Shown here piece by piece: positions 31,027 to 40,925 of a DNA stretch of 64,000 nt. The position numbers were made by a program, and so were the translations under genes. Source of the stretch: Candidatus Krumholzibacteriia bacterium (GTDB lineage Bacteria > Krumholzibacteriota > Krumholzibacteriia > LZORAL124-64-63); NCBI GenBank assembly GCA_050174015.1, contig JBFXKG010000008.1, forward strand, positions 96,001-160,000, in the 5' to 3' direction. Position 1 is the first letter of the stretch; each line of letters starts with the position of its first letter. The notes beneath the pieces are model-generated. The model was not told where the DNA came from. It did not search any database and saw nothing but the letters and a program-made list of their open reading frames with translations.

Positions 31027-32583
31027 ATGATCCGGAACCGATGTGCGAGCATCCTGGCAGCGAAGGTCCTGGCCTTCAGCCTGTCGCTGGCGCCGGGCGG
31101 CGCGGTCGCCACCACCGAAACCGCCGTCCTCTTCTCCTCCGATGCGGCCGCGGGCGACGACTTCGGGTGGTCCTTGGCCGTCGAAGGCACGACCCTGGTC
31201 GTGGGGGCCCCGAACGCGGACGTTGCGGGGAATTCCTCCCAGGGGGCCGTCTACGTTTTCGAGGACCAGGTCGGGTCCTGGGTTCAGATCCAGAAACTGA
31301 CCGCTTCGGACGGAGCGGCCTTCGACCAGTTCGGGTTTGCGGTTGCTGTCTCCGGGGACCTGATGGTCATCGGGGCGGAGGAGGCCCCCATCGGCCCCAA
31401 TTCCTCCCAGGGGGCGGCCTACGTCTTCGAGCGCACCGGCGGGATCTGGACGGAGATCCACAAGCTGGAGGAACCGTCCACCATCGAGAACTTCGCGGAA
31501 TACGGCCATTCCGTGGACATCGAGGGGGAGACCGTGGTGATCGGGGGATCGAAGGCCGGGCCGGTCGCCCACGGCCGGGTCTACGTCTACGGGCGGAACG
31601 AGGGTGGCGCCGACGCCTGGGGCCTGGTGGCCGAACTGCAGGACGACATCAACGACAGCAACGCCGGTTTCGGCGAGAGCGTGGACCTCGAGGGGGACCA
31701 CCTGGTGGTGGGAGCCCTGCTTCTCGACAGGGTGCAGGGCACCTACAACAACGAGGGGGGGGCCTACGTGTTCACGCGGGACGGTTCCGGGGTCTGGAGC
31801 CAGTCCGCCAAGCTCTTCGGCAGCGATGCCGCCGGCAACGACCGCGGCGGGATCGACGTCGCCATGGACGGGATGAAGGTGGTGGTCGGGGCCTACTCCT
31901 ACGAGAACGGCGGGTACGGTCGAGGCGCCGCCTACCTGTTCGACAACCCGACCCAGACTCCGGGAGGATGGGTGGAAACCGCCATCCTCACCCCGGGTGA
32001 TCCGGAGGACTTCGGCTATTTCGGCCACGCCGTGGCGGTGCTCGGGAACGACGTCTGGGTGGGCGCCGAGGGGCACACCAGCGGTGCAGGCAAGGCCTAC
32101 CGGTTCAACGTCGATCAGGGCGGTCCGGGCTCCTGGGGTGAGGCCGAACAGTACGTCTCAGGTTCCCCGGCGGCCAACGATCTGCTGGCTTACGCCATGG
32201 CGGTCGATTCGGGTACGGTCGCCCTGGGCGCCTTCGCCATGGACGTCGGCGGGGCGGTCCTGGTCTATCCCGCACCAGGCGGAGGAGCGAGCCCGGTCCC
32301 CGGGGACAGGGCCCCGGGAGCGTCGGCCGGCAGGCTGGCGGCCTATCCCAACCCCTTCAACCCCGTGACGACCTTCGCCTTCACCGTGGACCGCCGGGGC
32401 GAGGTGGAAGTGCTGGTTCACGACCTGCGGGGCGCCCTGGTGGCCCGGGTGTTCCGGGGAGAGCTGGGGAGCGGTGAGCACCAGGTGACCTGGTCGGCAG
32501 ACGGGGTCCCGTCGGGCCTGTACCTGGCGACGGTGCGGGCGGGCCGGGAATTCCGCACCACCACCGTCAACCTGGTGAAGTGA
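31027..32583 (+). CDS. Secreted FG-GAP repeat beta-propeller with PNPFNP C-terminal domain
   Basis: About seven FG-x-[SA]V...GA...GAxYVF repeats; AYPNPFNP...SGLY tail. Confidence 0.85.
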   Translation: MIRNRCASILAAKVLAFSLSLAPGGAVATTETAVLFSSDAAAGDDFGWSLAVEGTTLVVGAPNADVAGNSSQGAVYVFEDQVGSWVQIQKLTASDGAAFDQFGFAVAVSGDLMVIGAEEAPIGPNSSQGAAYVFERTGGIWTEIHKLEEPSTIENFAEYGHSVDIEGETVVIGGSKAGPVAHGRVYVYGRNEGGADAWGLVAELQDDINDSNAGFGESVDLEGDHLVVGALLLDRVQGTYNNEGGAYVFTRDGSGVWSQSAKLFGSDAAGNDRGGIDVAMDGMKVVVGAYSYENGGYGRGAAYLFDNPTQTPGGWVETAILTPGDPEDFGYFGHAVAVLGNDVWVGAEGHTSGAGKAYRFNVDQGGPGSWGEAEQYVSGSPAANDLLAYAMAVDSGTVALGAFAMDVGGAVLVYPAPGGGASPVPGDRAPGASAGRLAAYPNPFNPVTTFAFTVDRRGEVEVLVHDLRGALVARVFRGELGSGEHQVTWSADGVPSGLYLATVRAGREFRTTTVNLVK

Positions 32584-32608
32584 CGTTTCGCCGTATCCCG
32601 AAGGATGA

Positions 32609-32640
32609 GGGCCGCCGATCCCGGGGGGGATCGGCGGCCC
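32609..32640. terminator. GC-rich hairpin downstream of FG-GAP gene
   Basis: GGGCCGCCGATCCC / GGGATCGGCGGCCC perfect inverted repeat, no U tail. Confidence 0.45.
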
Positions 32641-32730
32641 GCCCGATCCCACGCGGCGGGGGCCGGACAGCCGAGCCTTGCCTCGCCCGGGTCCCGGGCC
32701 TTATCCTGCCGGGAGAAAGGGAGCGTCAGG

Positions 32731-33207
32731 ATGGAATCGCGCGATCAGAATTCCCGGGGCCGCATCGAGGCCGTCTGCGTCAGCGAACGACGCGGCGAGG
32801 TCAAGCACGCCGTGGCCGCGGGGTTCCTCCAGCCTGACCACGGACTGGAGGGGGACGGCCACGCCGGACCCGGTCATCGCCAGATCTCCATCCTCGCCAC
32901 CCGGAGCATCGCCCGGATCAAGGCCGTCATCCCCGAACTCCAGCCCGGCGCGTTCGCCGAGAACCTGGTCGTCTCGGGCCTCGACCTGTCCGCCGCGCAG
33001 GTGGGCGACCGGCTGAAGGTCGGCGGGACGGCCGTCCTGGAGGTGACCCAGATCGGCAAGGAGTGTCACAACGCCTGCGTCATCCGGGAGAAGACCGGGG
33101 ATTGCGTGATGCCCCGCGAGGGGCTGTTCTGCCGGGTGATCGCCGGAGGACCGGTGGCGGCCGGCGACCCCGTGGTCCTGGCGCCCGGCCGGGTGGTCCC
33201 CTCGTGA
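32731..33207 (+). CDS. MOSC domain protein
   Basis: GLEGDGH, RQIS, GAFAENL, QIGKECH, CVMPREG. Confidence 0.88.
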   Translation: MESRDQNSRGRIEAVCVSERRGEVKHAVAAGFLQPDHGLEGDGHAGPGHRQISILATRSIARIKAVIPELQPGAFAENLVVSGLDLSAAQVGDRLKVGGTAVLEVTQIGKECHNACVIREKTGDCVMPREGLFCRVIAGGPVAAGDPVVLAPGRVVPS

Positions 33208-34226
33208 AGAAGGTGCTCGTCCACGAGGCGGTCGGCCGGCCCCTGGGGCACGACGTCACCGAGGTCAGCCTCGAGCGGGGCGTCAAGCACCGGGCCTTCA
33301 AGCGGGGCCACGTCATCGAGGCCGCCGACGTCGAGCGCCTGCTGGATCTGGGCAAGAAAGCGGTCTTCGTCCTGGAGGGGAACGAGACCGAAGTCCACGA
33401 GGACGACGCCGCCCGCAGGATCGCTCCCCTCGTGGCCGGCCCGAACGTCGTGTTCGATCCCGATCCCTACGAGGGCAAGATCACCTTCCGAGCGGCCTGC
33501 GCCGGCGTGTTCACGGTCGATCCCGAGCGGCTCTTCGCGATGAACGATCTGGAGGTCCCCAGCCTGCCGACCCTGCCGTCGTACCATCCGGTCGTGGCGG
33601 ACCAGCCCGTCGGCGCCTTCCGCATCATCCCTTTGACCTGCGAGGAACGGATCGTCGCGGCCGCCGAGGCCCTGCTCACCGGGCCCCTGCTCGCCGTCCA
33701 CCCCTACGTGGTGCGTTCGGCGGGCATCCTGGTGACGGGCACCGAGGTCTACGAGGGCCGGATCGCCGACGGGTTCGTCCCGCGGTTGGCGTCCACCCTT
33801 GCCGCCTACGGGGTTCCCGTTGCGGAGTCGGAGATCGTGCCGGACGATCGCGGCCGCATCGAGGCCGCCGTCCGCCGCCTGGGTGCGGCCTGCGACATCC
33901 TGCTGGTCACCGGAGGCACCTCGGTCGATCCGGACGACGTGACCGTGGCCGCCATGCGCGACGCGGGAGTGGCGACCCTCATGAAGGGAATGCCGGTGCA
34001 GCCGGGCAACAACTTCACCCTGGGCCGGCTGGATGGCCGCTACGTCTGCGCGGTGCCGGCGGCCACCCTGTTCTACAAGGCGACGGCGCTGGACCTGCTG
34101 TTGCCGCGCCTGCTGGCCGGCCTCGAGGTCACGCGGGACCAGCTGGTGCGGCTGGGGCACGGGGGCCTGGCGCAACCGGGAGCGGAGCAGCATTTTCCGG
34201 ATTGCACGTTCGGGATGGGGCGGTGA
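33204..34226 (+). CDS. Molybdopterin-binding protein (MoeA-like)
   Basis: GHDVTE...FKRGH, VHEDDAA, VTGTEV, TGGTSVDPDD, PVQPG. Confidence 0.8.
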   Translation: MKKVLVHEAVGRPLGHDVTEVSLERGVKHRAFKRGHVIEAADVERLLDLGKKAVFVLEGNETEVHEDDAARRIAPLVAGPNVVFDPDPYEGKITFRAACAGVFTVDPERLFAMNDLEVPSLPTLPSYHPVVADQPVGAFRIIPLTCEERIVAAAEALLTGPLLAVHPYVVRSAGILVTGTEVYEGRIADGFVPRLASTLAAYGVPVAESEIVPDDRGRIEAAVRRLGAACDILLVTGGTSVDPDDVTVAAMRDAGVATLMKGMPVQPGNNFTLGRLDGRYVCAVPAATLFYKATALDLLLPRLLAGLEVTRDQLVRLGHGGLAQPGAEQHFPDCTFGMGR

Positions 34227-34338
34227 CCGGAGGCCTGGGGATGGTTTCGAGGGCGCCTTGCTTTCGTGGTAGGATCGCAGGGGAATCGCCGGCCGGAAGA
34301 GGTCCGGTCGAAATGGACGGCATTGCGAAGGGGGACCG

Positions 34339-35328
34339 GTGACGGAACCCGGGATCATGATCGACGGCCACGCCCGCAGCGTCCGGTACCTGCGCCTTTC
34401 GGTCACGGACCGTTGCGACCTGCGCTGCCTGTATTGCCGGCCCGCCGAAGGTCTGCCGGTCATGGACCGGCGCGACCTGCTGGGAGCCGACGAACTCATC
34501 CTGGTCGGCCGCGCGGCCGCGTCCTGCGGCGTGCGCAAGATCCGGTTGACAGGGGGCGAGCCCCTGCTGCGCCGGGACCTGGAAGGGATCGTCGCAGGAC
34601 TGGGGGCCATCCCGGGGATCGCCAGCCTGCAACTGACCACCAACGGGATGCGGCTGGCCGGGCTCGCGGACCGTCTGGCCGCCGCCGGCCTGGACGGCGT
34701 CAACGTCAGCATCGATTCCCTCGATCCCGAGCGGTTCGCCGCCATCACCCGCGGCGGGGATCTCGAGGCCTGCCTGGCGGGGATCGCAGCTGCCCGGGCG
34801 GCCGGCCTGAACGTCAAGCTCAACATGGTGGTCATGGGCGGGGTCAACGACCACGAGATGGTCCCCATGGTCGAACGCTTCTGCGGGGATTCGCTTGCCG
34901 TCCGGTTCATCGAGTACATGCCGACGGCCGGCCCGGCCAGAGCGCCGGGTTCGCAGGTGTCGGCCGAGATCATGCTTGCGATCCTCGGCGCCCGCTTCCA
35001 TCTGTCGCCCATGCCCGCCGAACCGCTGGCGGGCCCCGCCCTGCGCTACGGTATCGCAGGAATGCCCGGGCGCGTCGGTCTGATCGCCCCCCTCAGCCGC
35101 CACTTCTGCGCCGACTGCAATCGCCTGCGGGTGACCGCCGAGGGTCGCGTGCGCAGCTGCCTGTTCCACGCCGAGGACGGGGATCTGCGCCCCTGGATCG
35201 CCGCGCAGGACGTAGCGGGAATCGCGGCCGAACTGCGTCGGGCCGTGGCGGAGAAACCGTCCGGACACGACTGGGCGCCGGAGGGCAACTTCGTCGGGGA
35301 CGTCCTGATGTCCCGAACCGGAGGCTGA
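34339..35328 (+). CDS. moaA: GTP 3',8-cyclase
   Basis: YLRLSVTDRCDLRCLYC, TGGEP, FCADCNRLR, C-terminal GG. Confidence 0.95.
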   Translation: MTEPGIMIDGHARSVRYLRLSVTDRCDLRCLYCRPAEGLPVMDRRDLLGADELILVGRAAASCGVRKIRLTGGEPLLRRDLEGIVAGLGAIPGIASLQLTTNGMRLAGLADRLAAAGLDGVNVSIDSLDPERFAAITRGGDLEACLAGIAAARAAGLNVKLNMVVMGGVNDHEMVPMVERFCGDSLAVRFIEYMPTAGPARAPGSQVSAEIMLAILGARFHLSPMPAEPLAGPALRYGIAGMPGRVGLIAPLSRHFCADCNRLRVTAEGRVRSCLFHAEDGDLRPWIAAQDVAGIAAELRRAVAEKPSGHDWAPEGNFVGDVLMSRTGG

Positions 35329-35329
35329 G

Positions 35330-35821
35330 ATGGGCTTCAACCACTTCGATCCCGAGGGGCAGGCCTGGATGGTGGACGTCAGCGCCAAGGACCGCACCCT
35401 GCGGGAGGCCCGCGCCGAGGCGGTCGTCCAGCTCGGTCTCGATCTCCTGGCGACGGTCCTGGACCGCGGCACGGCGAAGGGCGACGTCCTGGGCACCGCC
35501 CGGCTGGCCGGCATCGCGGCGGTGAAGCGGACCGCCGACCTGATCCCCCTGGCCCATCCCCTGGCGCTCCACCACGCCGCCGTGGCCTTCGCCGCCGAAT
35601 CGGAGACAGGCCATTTGCGTTGCATCTGCACCGTCAAGGCCGTCGAGCGGACGGGGGTGGAGATGGAGGCCATGACCGGCGCGACGGCGGCCGCCCTGAC
35701 CGTCTACGACATGTGCAAGGCCGTGCGCCGGGGAATCGTCATCGGGCCGATCCGCCTGCTCTCCAAGAGCGGGGGACGCAGCGGGGTCTACGATGCGGAG
35801 GTGGAAGATGACGGCGGATGA
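35330..35821 (+). CDS. moaC: Cyclic pyranopterin monophosphate synthase
   Basis: MVDVSAK, KGDVL, LIPLAHP, TGVEMEAM, YDMCK, KSGG. Confidence 0.95.
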   Translation: MGFNHFDPEGQAWMVDVSAKDRTLREARAEAVVQLGLDLLATVLDRGTAKGDVLGTARLAGIAAVKRTADLIPLAHPLALHHAAVAFAAESETGHLRCICTVKAVERTGVEMEAMTGATAAALTVYDMCKAVRRGIVIGPIRLLSKSGGRSGVYDAEVEDDGG

Positions 35822-36323
35822 CGTCCGGATACCCCTGAAGGTCGGGGTCCTGGTTCTCAGCGACAAGGGCAGCCGGGGGGAACGTGACGACACCTCGGGT
35901 CCGGCGATCGTTTCGTTCCTCGCGGGGCGGGACGTGGTCGAGCCGTTGCTGGAGATCCTGCCCGACGATCGCCGGATCATCGCCCGCCGGCTGGCCGCCT
36001 GGGCGGACGACCTGCGGCTGGACGTGATCCTCACCTGCGGCGGGACCGGAGTGGCTCCGAGGGACGTGACGCCCGAGGCCACCGGTGACGTCATCGACCG
36101 CCAAGTCCCCGGCTTCGGGGAGCGGATGCGGGCGGTCAGCTTCCAGAAGACGCCGAGCGCCCTGATCAGCCGCGCCCTGGCCGGGATCCGGGGGGGGACG
36201 CTGATCGTCAACCTGCCCGGCAGCCCCAGGGCGGCGGTGGAGAACCTCGAGGCCGTCTGGGAGGCGGTGCCTCACCTCGTCGCCAAGCTGCAGGGCGACG
36301 ACCGGGATTGCGGAGAAGCGTGA
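35808..36323 (+). CDS. mog: Molybdopterin adenylyltransferase (Mog/MoaB)
   Basis: SD...DTSGP, GGTGVAPRDVTPEAT, NLPGSP. Confidence 0.88.
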   Translation: MTADDVRIPLKVGVLVLSDKGSRGERDDTSGPAIVSFLAGRDVVEPLLEILPDDRRIIARRLAAWADDLRLDVILTCGGTGVAPRDVTPEATGDVIDRQVPGFGERMRAVSFQKTPSALISRALAGIRGGTLIVNLPGSPRAAVENLEAVWEAVPHLVAKLQGDDRDCGEA

Positions 36324-37237
36324 TCCTGGCCGGCGTCTTCCCGGTTTTCGCCCTGATCGCGGCGGGATACGTCCTGCGCCGCTGCGGGTTGACGGACCCC
36401 GGATTCCTGCGGACAGGCGACCGCCTGGTCTATCACTTCTTCTTTCCCGTCCTGCTGTTCTGGAAGATCGGGGGGACGGTTCCCGATCCCGTGGTCCCCT
36501 GGCGCCTGTGGGCGGCCGGGCTGGGCGTCATCGCGGCCATGTGGATCCTGAGCCTGATCGTGATCGCCGTGGCCGGCCTGGGGCCTGCGCGGGCGGGGTC
36601 CTTCTCCCAGGCAACCTTCCGGTTCAACACGTACGTCGCCATCGCGGTCGTGTCCAACATCCAGGGAGACCGGGGCGTCGCCGGACTGGGGGAATTGCTG
36701 GGTCTGGCCATACCCCTGTGCAACGTCCTTGCCGTCATGACCTTCATCTGGTTCTCCCGGGACAACCTGGATCAGCGGGCCCGCATCCGGTTGACCTTGC
36801 GGGCCCTGGTCCAGAATCCCTTGATCATGGCCTGTCTGGCGGGCATGCTGTGGGCGCGGGTGCTGCCGCCCTGGCCCGGGATGGTGGACAACACCCTGGG
36901 TCTCGCCGCCTCCCTGACCCTGCCGTTCGCCCTGATCTCGATCGGGGGAGCACTGACCTTCGCGGGCCTCAGGGACCGCTGGGCGACGGCCTCCGCGGCC
37001 ACCATGCTGAAGGTTGTCGTGATGCCGCTTCTGGGCTGGCTGGCGGTGCGTTGGAGCGGCCTCCAGGGGCCCGACGCCCTCACGGCCATGGTCTTCTTCG
37101 CCATGCCCGCTTCGACCGCGATGTACGTGCTGTCCCGTCAGCTCGGGGGGGATCCCGACCTCAGCTCGGCGGTCATCGTCCTGTCCACGCCGGCCTCATT
37201 CGTTTCCCTGTCGATGGTCCTGTGGCTCTTCGGCTGA
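36320..37237 (+). CDS. AEC family membrane transporter
   Basis: About 10 TM helices; FRFN, NPLI, ALISIG, MPAST motifs. Confidence 0.8.
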   Translation: MILAGVFPVFALIAAGYVLRRCGLTDPGFLRTGDRLVYHFFFPVLLFWKIGGTVPDPVVPWRLWAAGLGVIAAMWILSLIVIAVAGLGPARAGSFSQATFRFNTYVAIAVVSNIQGDRGVAGLGELLGLAIPLCNVLAVMTFIWFSRDNLDQRARIRLTLRALVQNPLIMACLAGMLWARVLPPWPGMVDNTLGLAASLTLPFALISIGGALTFAGLRDRWATASAATMLKVVVMPLLGWLAVRWSGLQGPDALTAMVFFAMPASTAMYVLSRQLGGDPDLSSAVIVLSTPASFVSLSMVLWLFG

Positions 37238-37243
37238 TGCGGG

Positions 37244-38323
37244 TCAGACCAGAGCCGCGCTCTTGACCTGTGCGTGGAGGCGGCGGCCGGATTCCAGATC
37301 CAGGTTCTCGGCCGACCGGCGCGTGACGACGGCCAGCAGGGAAGAGTCGCCTGCCGCGAGCCTCACCAGGACCTGGGATTCGTTGCGGTCCCTGACCCCC
37401 GTCACCACGGCCGGCAGGACGTTCAGGATGCTCGTCCCCCGCGGCTCATCCAGGGACAGGCTGACGTCCCTGGCTGCGACCAGCACCCTCCGGCGGGTTC
37501 CCCGGGGCAGGGCGGGTCCGGGCAGCCACAGGCATCCCCCCGAAAATTCCAGACGGTTCAGGTGGTAGGCCTGGTCCCGGTCGCCGATCCGTCCGTCGAT
37601 GACCGCGACCGGATCCGGCCCCTGAGCCCAGGGGCCGTCCAGGTCGGCCGCCATGACGTCCAGGGGACCGGCGGCGGCGATCCTGCCCCCGCTCATCAGT
37701 ACGAGATGGTCGGCCAGCGCCGCCGCCTCGCGCCGGTCGTGGGTGACGTGCAGGATGGGGATGTCCTCCCGGCGGGCGACGGCGGCGATGAAGGGGTAGA
37801 GGTCCTCCCGCGCGGCCGCATCGACGGAAGCCAGAGGCTCGTCCAGGAGCAGGAGATCCGGGCCGGCCAGCAGGGCCCGGCCGAGCGCGACCCGCTGCCG
37901 CTCGCCGCCGCTGAGGGTATCCGGGGACCGCTCCAGCATGCCGTCCAGACCCAGCAGACGGATCGTCCGTTGGACGTCCTCATCGCCGGCGGGAGGATTC
38001 CTGCGGCGGCGGCCGAACAGGAGATTGGACCGCACGTCCAGGTGCGGAAACAACAGGCCGTCCTGGAACACGCAACCCAGGGTCCGCCGGTGCGGCGGCA
38101 TCTCGATTCCGGCGGCCGAGTCGAGCCAGACGGCGTCGGCCAGCTGGATGCGCCCGTCGACCTGCCGCTCGAGGCCGGCGATGCAGCGCAGCAGGGTGGT
38201 CTTTCCGCAGCCGGAGGGGCCCCACAAGGTGGTGACGCCGGCGTCCGGCACGGTCAGATGGGCGTCCAGCAGGAAGCCGCCGGGTCCCCGGCGGCGGATC
38301 CGGCAGCGGGCGACGAGGCTCAT
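37244..38323 (-). CDS. modC: Molybdate ABC transporter ATPase
   Basis: [28 protein letters not shown] domain (TSILN, AQVK). Confidence 0.93.
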   Translation of the reverse strand: MSLVARCRIRRRGPGGFLLDAHLTVPDAGVTTLWGPSGCGKTTLLRCIAGLERQVDGRIQLADAVWLDSAAGIEMPPHRRTLGCVFQDGLLFPHLDVRSNLLFGRRRRNPPAGDEDVQRTIRLLGLDGMLERSPDTLSGGERQRVALGRALLAGPDLLLLDEPLASVDAAAREDLYPFIAAVARREDIPILHVTHDRREAAALADHLVLMSGGRIAAAGPLDVMAADLDGPWAQGPDPVAVIDGRIGDRDQAYHLNRLEFSGGCLWLPGPALPRGTRRRVLVAARDVSLSLDEPRGTSILNVLPAVVTGVRDRNESQVLVRLAAGDSSLLAVVTRRSAENLDLESGRRLHAQVKSAALV

Positions 38324-39000
38324 GGCCGCCCTCCCTCGCCGCGCCGATTGATCATCCGCACCCCCAGCAGCATCAGGAAGGACAGCGCGAGCAGGCCGGC
38401 GGCCAGGACGTGGGCCCGGCCGTACTGGAGGGTCTCGACGTGGTCGAACAGGGCGATGGAGAGCACGCGGGTCCGGCCGGGGATGTTGCCGCCGATCATC
38501 AGCACGACGCCGAACTCGCCCAGGGTGTGGGCGAAACCCAGGGTGGCCGCCGTCAGGTAGCCCCGCCGGGAAAGCGGCAGGGCGATGGTGAAGAAGCGAT
38601 CGCGGGGACCGGCGCCCAGGGTCGAGGCGGCCTCGAGCAGACCCGGCCGGATGCCGGCGAACGCGTCGCGCAGGGGCTGGACCACGAAGGGCAGGGAATA
38701 GACGACCGAGCCGAAGACCAGGCCGGCGAAGGTGAAGGCCAGGGGGCGTCCGCCCGCAGCTTCGGCCAGCCTTCCGGCGGGGCCGTGGGGCCCCAGGAAG
38801 ATCAGCAGGTAGAAGCCCAGGACGGTGGGCGGCAGGACCAGGGGCAAGGCGACGACGGTATCGACGAGGGGCTGCCAGGGGCGACGGGAGCGGGCCAGCC
38901 ACCAGGCCAGGGGCGTCCCGGCCACCAGGAGGACCAGGGTGCTGATGGTCGCCAGTCTGAGCGTGACCCCCAGGGCGATCAGATCGTCAGGGTGAATCAT
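38320..39000 (-). CDS. modB: Molybdate ABC transporter permease
   Basis: [34 protein letters not shown]. Confidence 0.95.
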   Translation of the reverse strand: MIHPDDLIALGVTLRLATISTLVLLVAGTPLAWWLARSRRPWQPLVDTVVALPLVLPPTVLGFYLLIFLGPHGPAGRLAEAAGGRPLAFTFAGLVFGSVVYSLPFVVQPLRDAFAGIRPGLLEAASTLGAGPRDRFFTIALPLSRRGYLTAATLGFAHTLGEFGVVLMIGGNIPGRTRVLSIALFDHVETLQYGRAHVLAAGLLALSFLMLLGVRMINRRGEGGRP

Positions 39001-39826
39001 GGGCCGTGTTTCCGGAACCGGGGGAGGGCACGGCATAGCCGTATTCCCCGATGATCCTGCAGGCCGTCGGACCGGTCAGGAATGCGGCGAACTCCAGGGC
39101 GGCGGCGTCGCCTTCGGCCGCAGGCAGCAGGACGGCCTGCTGGACGATGGCTGCATGCAGGGAATCCGGCACCAACCACCGCAGCCAGCCCTCGCCCGGC
39201 AGGTCCAGAGCCTGGGACCAGGCCACCAGGCCCAGTTCGGCGTTGCCGCTGGCGACGAACTGCAGGGCCTGGCCCACGTTCTGACCGGTGACCAGCCGAT
39301 CCCCGGAGGATTCGCCGAGACCCAGGCCGGACAAGGCCTCGACGGCGGCGCGCCCGTAGGGAGCGAGCTCCGGGTTGGCGATCGCCAGACGAGCGTACTC
39401 CCCGAGGGTCAGCAGGGAGCAGGGATCGGTGGCGGCGGCGAACGACTGCTCCCTGGAAACCAGGGCCAGCCGTCCCTCGGCGTAGGTGAACCGGGAACCC
39501 GGCAGGATCGCCCCCCTGTTCTCGAGGTCGAGGGGTCTGGCGGAGTCCGCGGCGAGGAACACGGTGAAGGGCGCCCCGTTGAGGATCTGGGCGTGCAGTT
39601 GCCCCGTGGAGCCGCTGCTGATCGTCACGGAATGCCCGGTCTCGGCGTGGAAGGCTGCGGACAGCACCTCCAGGCAGGAACGGAAGTTGGTGGCCACCGC
39701 CGCGACGACCTCCGCCCCGGCGCAGGGGGATCCCTGGATCAGGGCCCCCCAGAAGACGGCCAGGAGGCCGAGACGGGGCACCCATCCGATTCGAGGGCTC
39801 GTGGTTCCCGAGAACGGGATATCCAT
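38987..39826 (-). CDS. modA: Molybdate-binding periplasmic protein
   Basis: AVATNF, GSTG...QILNGAP, APYG, GQNVGQA. Confidence 0.92.
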   Translation of the reverse strand: MDIPFSGTTSPRIGWVPRLGLLAVFWGALIQGSPCAGAEVVAAVATNFRSCLEVLSAAFHAETGHSVTISSGSTGQLHAQILNGAPFTVFLAADSARPLDLENRGAILPGSRFTYAEGRLALVSREQSFAAATDPCSLLTLGEYARLAIANPELAPYGRAAVEALSGLGLGESSGDRLVTGQNVGQALQFVASGNAELGLVAWSQALDLPGEGWLRWLVPDSLHAAIVQQAVLLPAAEGDAAALEFAAFLTGPTACRIIGEYGYAVPSPGSGNTAHDSP

Positions 39827-39920
39827 TGCTCCTCCATCCGGGAAAGGACTATCATGGTTGGCGTCCGCTTACCCAGGATATTCCCGCCAGGCTTCCTGAC
39901 AGTCAACCCCGGGGAATTCG

Positions 39921-40826
39921 GTGACCCAGAACCACCAACAGCGCGCCGGTGTCGCCTACGGGGCCGCCGCCTTTCTCTGGTGGGGGTTCGCCCCCTTCTA
40001 CTTCAAGGCCGTCGGTGCGGCCGCGCCGCAGGAGGTCCTGGCCCACCGCATCATCTGGTCGTGCCTCTTCCTGCTGGGTCTGCTTGCGGTTCGCGGCCGC
40101 TTCGGGGAATTCCGGCGACTGCTGGTCGACCGCAGGACCCTGGGCATCCTGTCGATCACGACCTTCCTGATCGCGGGCAACTGGCTGCTGTTCATCTGGG
40201 CCATCGCGAACCAGCGGTTGCTCGAGGCAAGCCTGGGCTACTTCATCAACCCCCTGGTGAACGTTCTCCTGGGATTCGTGGTCTTCCGCGAACGGTTGAC
40301 CCGCCTGCAGACCGGCGCGGTCGCCCTGGCGGCTGCCGGAGTGGCGTGGCTGGCCCTGGGCGGGGTCGGGGTGCCCCTGATCTCCCTGGCCCTGGCGTTC
40401 TCGTTCAGCATCTACGGGATGCTGCGCAAGCGCACCCCCGTCAGCGGCACGGTCGGGCTGACCGCCGAGACCATGCTGCTGTGGCCCTGGGCGGTGGCCT
40501 GGCTGATCCTGCGCCAGGCACGAGGAGAGCTGGCCTTCGGGAACGAGGGGCCGGTCCTGACCATCATGCTGGTGAGCGCGGGATGGATCACGGCCCTGCC
40601 CCTGATCTGGTTCGCCGAGGGGGCCCGCCGCATCCGGTACGCCACCCTGGGGTTCCTGCAGTATCTGGCCCCGACCTTCCAGTTTCTGGTCGCTGTCCTG
40701 GCCTTCGGCGAGCCGTTCACTCCCAAGCACGCCGTCAGTTTCGGCTGCATCTGGATCGCCCTGGGGCTGTATTCCTTGGAGACCATCCGGCAGGTGAGGT
40801 CAAGAAAACCGGACGTTGCAGACTAG
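39921..40826 (+). CDS. rarD: EamA-family transporter RarD
   Basis: LAHRIIWS, EASLGYFINPL, YGMLRK, GFLQYLAP. The stop codon lies inside the IS left end. Confidence 0.9.
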   Translation: MTQNHQQRAGVAYGAAAFLWWGFAPFYFKAVGAAAPQEVLAHRIIWSCLFLLGLLAVRGRFGEFRRLLVDRRTLGILSITTFLIAGNWLLFIWAIANQRLLEASLGYFINPLVNVLLGFVVFRERLTRLQTGAVALAAAGVAWLALGGVGVPLISLALAFSFSIYGMLRKRTPVSGTVGLTAETMLLWPWAVAWLILRQARGELAFGNEGPVLTIMLVSAGWITALPLIWFAEGARRIRYATLGFLQYLAPTFQFLVAVLAFGEPFTPKHAVSFGCIWIALGLYSLETIRQVRSRKPDVAD

Positions 40827-40833
40827 GCGCAAA
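40811..40833 (+). repeat. Left terminal inverted repeat
   Basis: GGACGTTGCAGACTAGGCGCAAA. Confidence 0.8.
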
Positions 40834-40925
40834 CGACGGCCCGGCAACGATTTGCGCCAGATTAATTTTTTACTTGACACAATGAATTGACCTTGCTGGC
40901 TTTATGGAGTCAATCGGAGGAAGTC

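Noticed and set aside
32731..39826. Moco/mod cluster as a novel system
   Set aside because: It is a conventional moaA/moaC/mog/MOSC/modABC set; the missing moaD/E are probably elsewhere in the genome.
40874..40914. Transposase promoter (TTGACA at 40874)
   Set aside because: No convincing -10 at 16-18 nt spacing, so it was not called.
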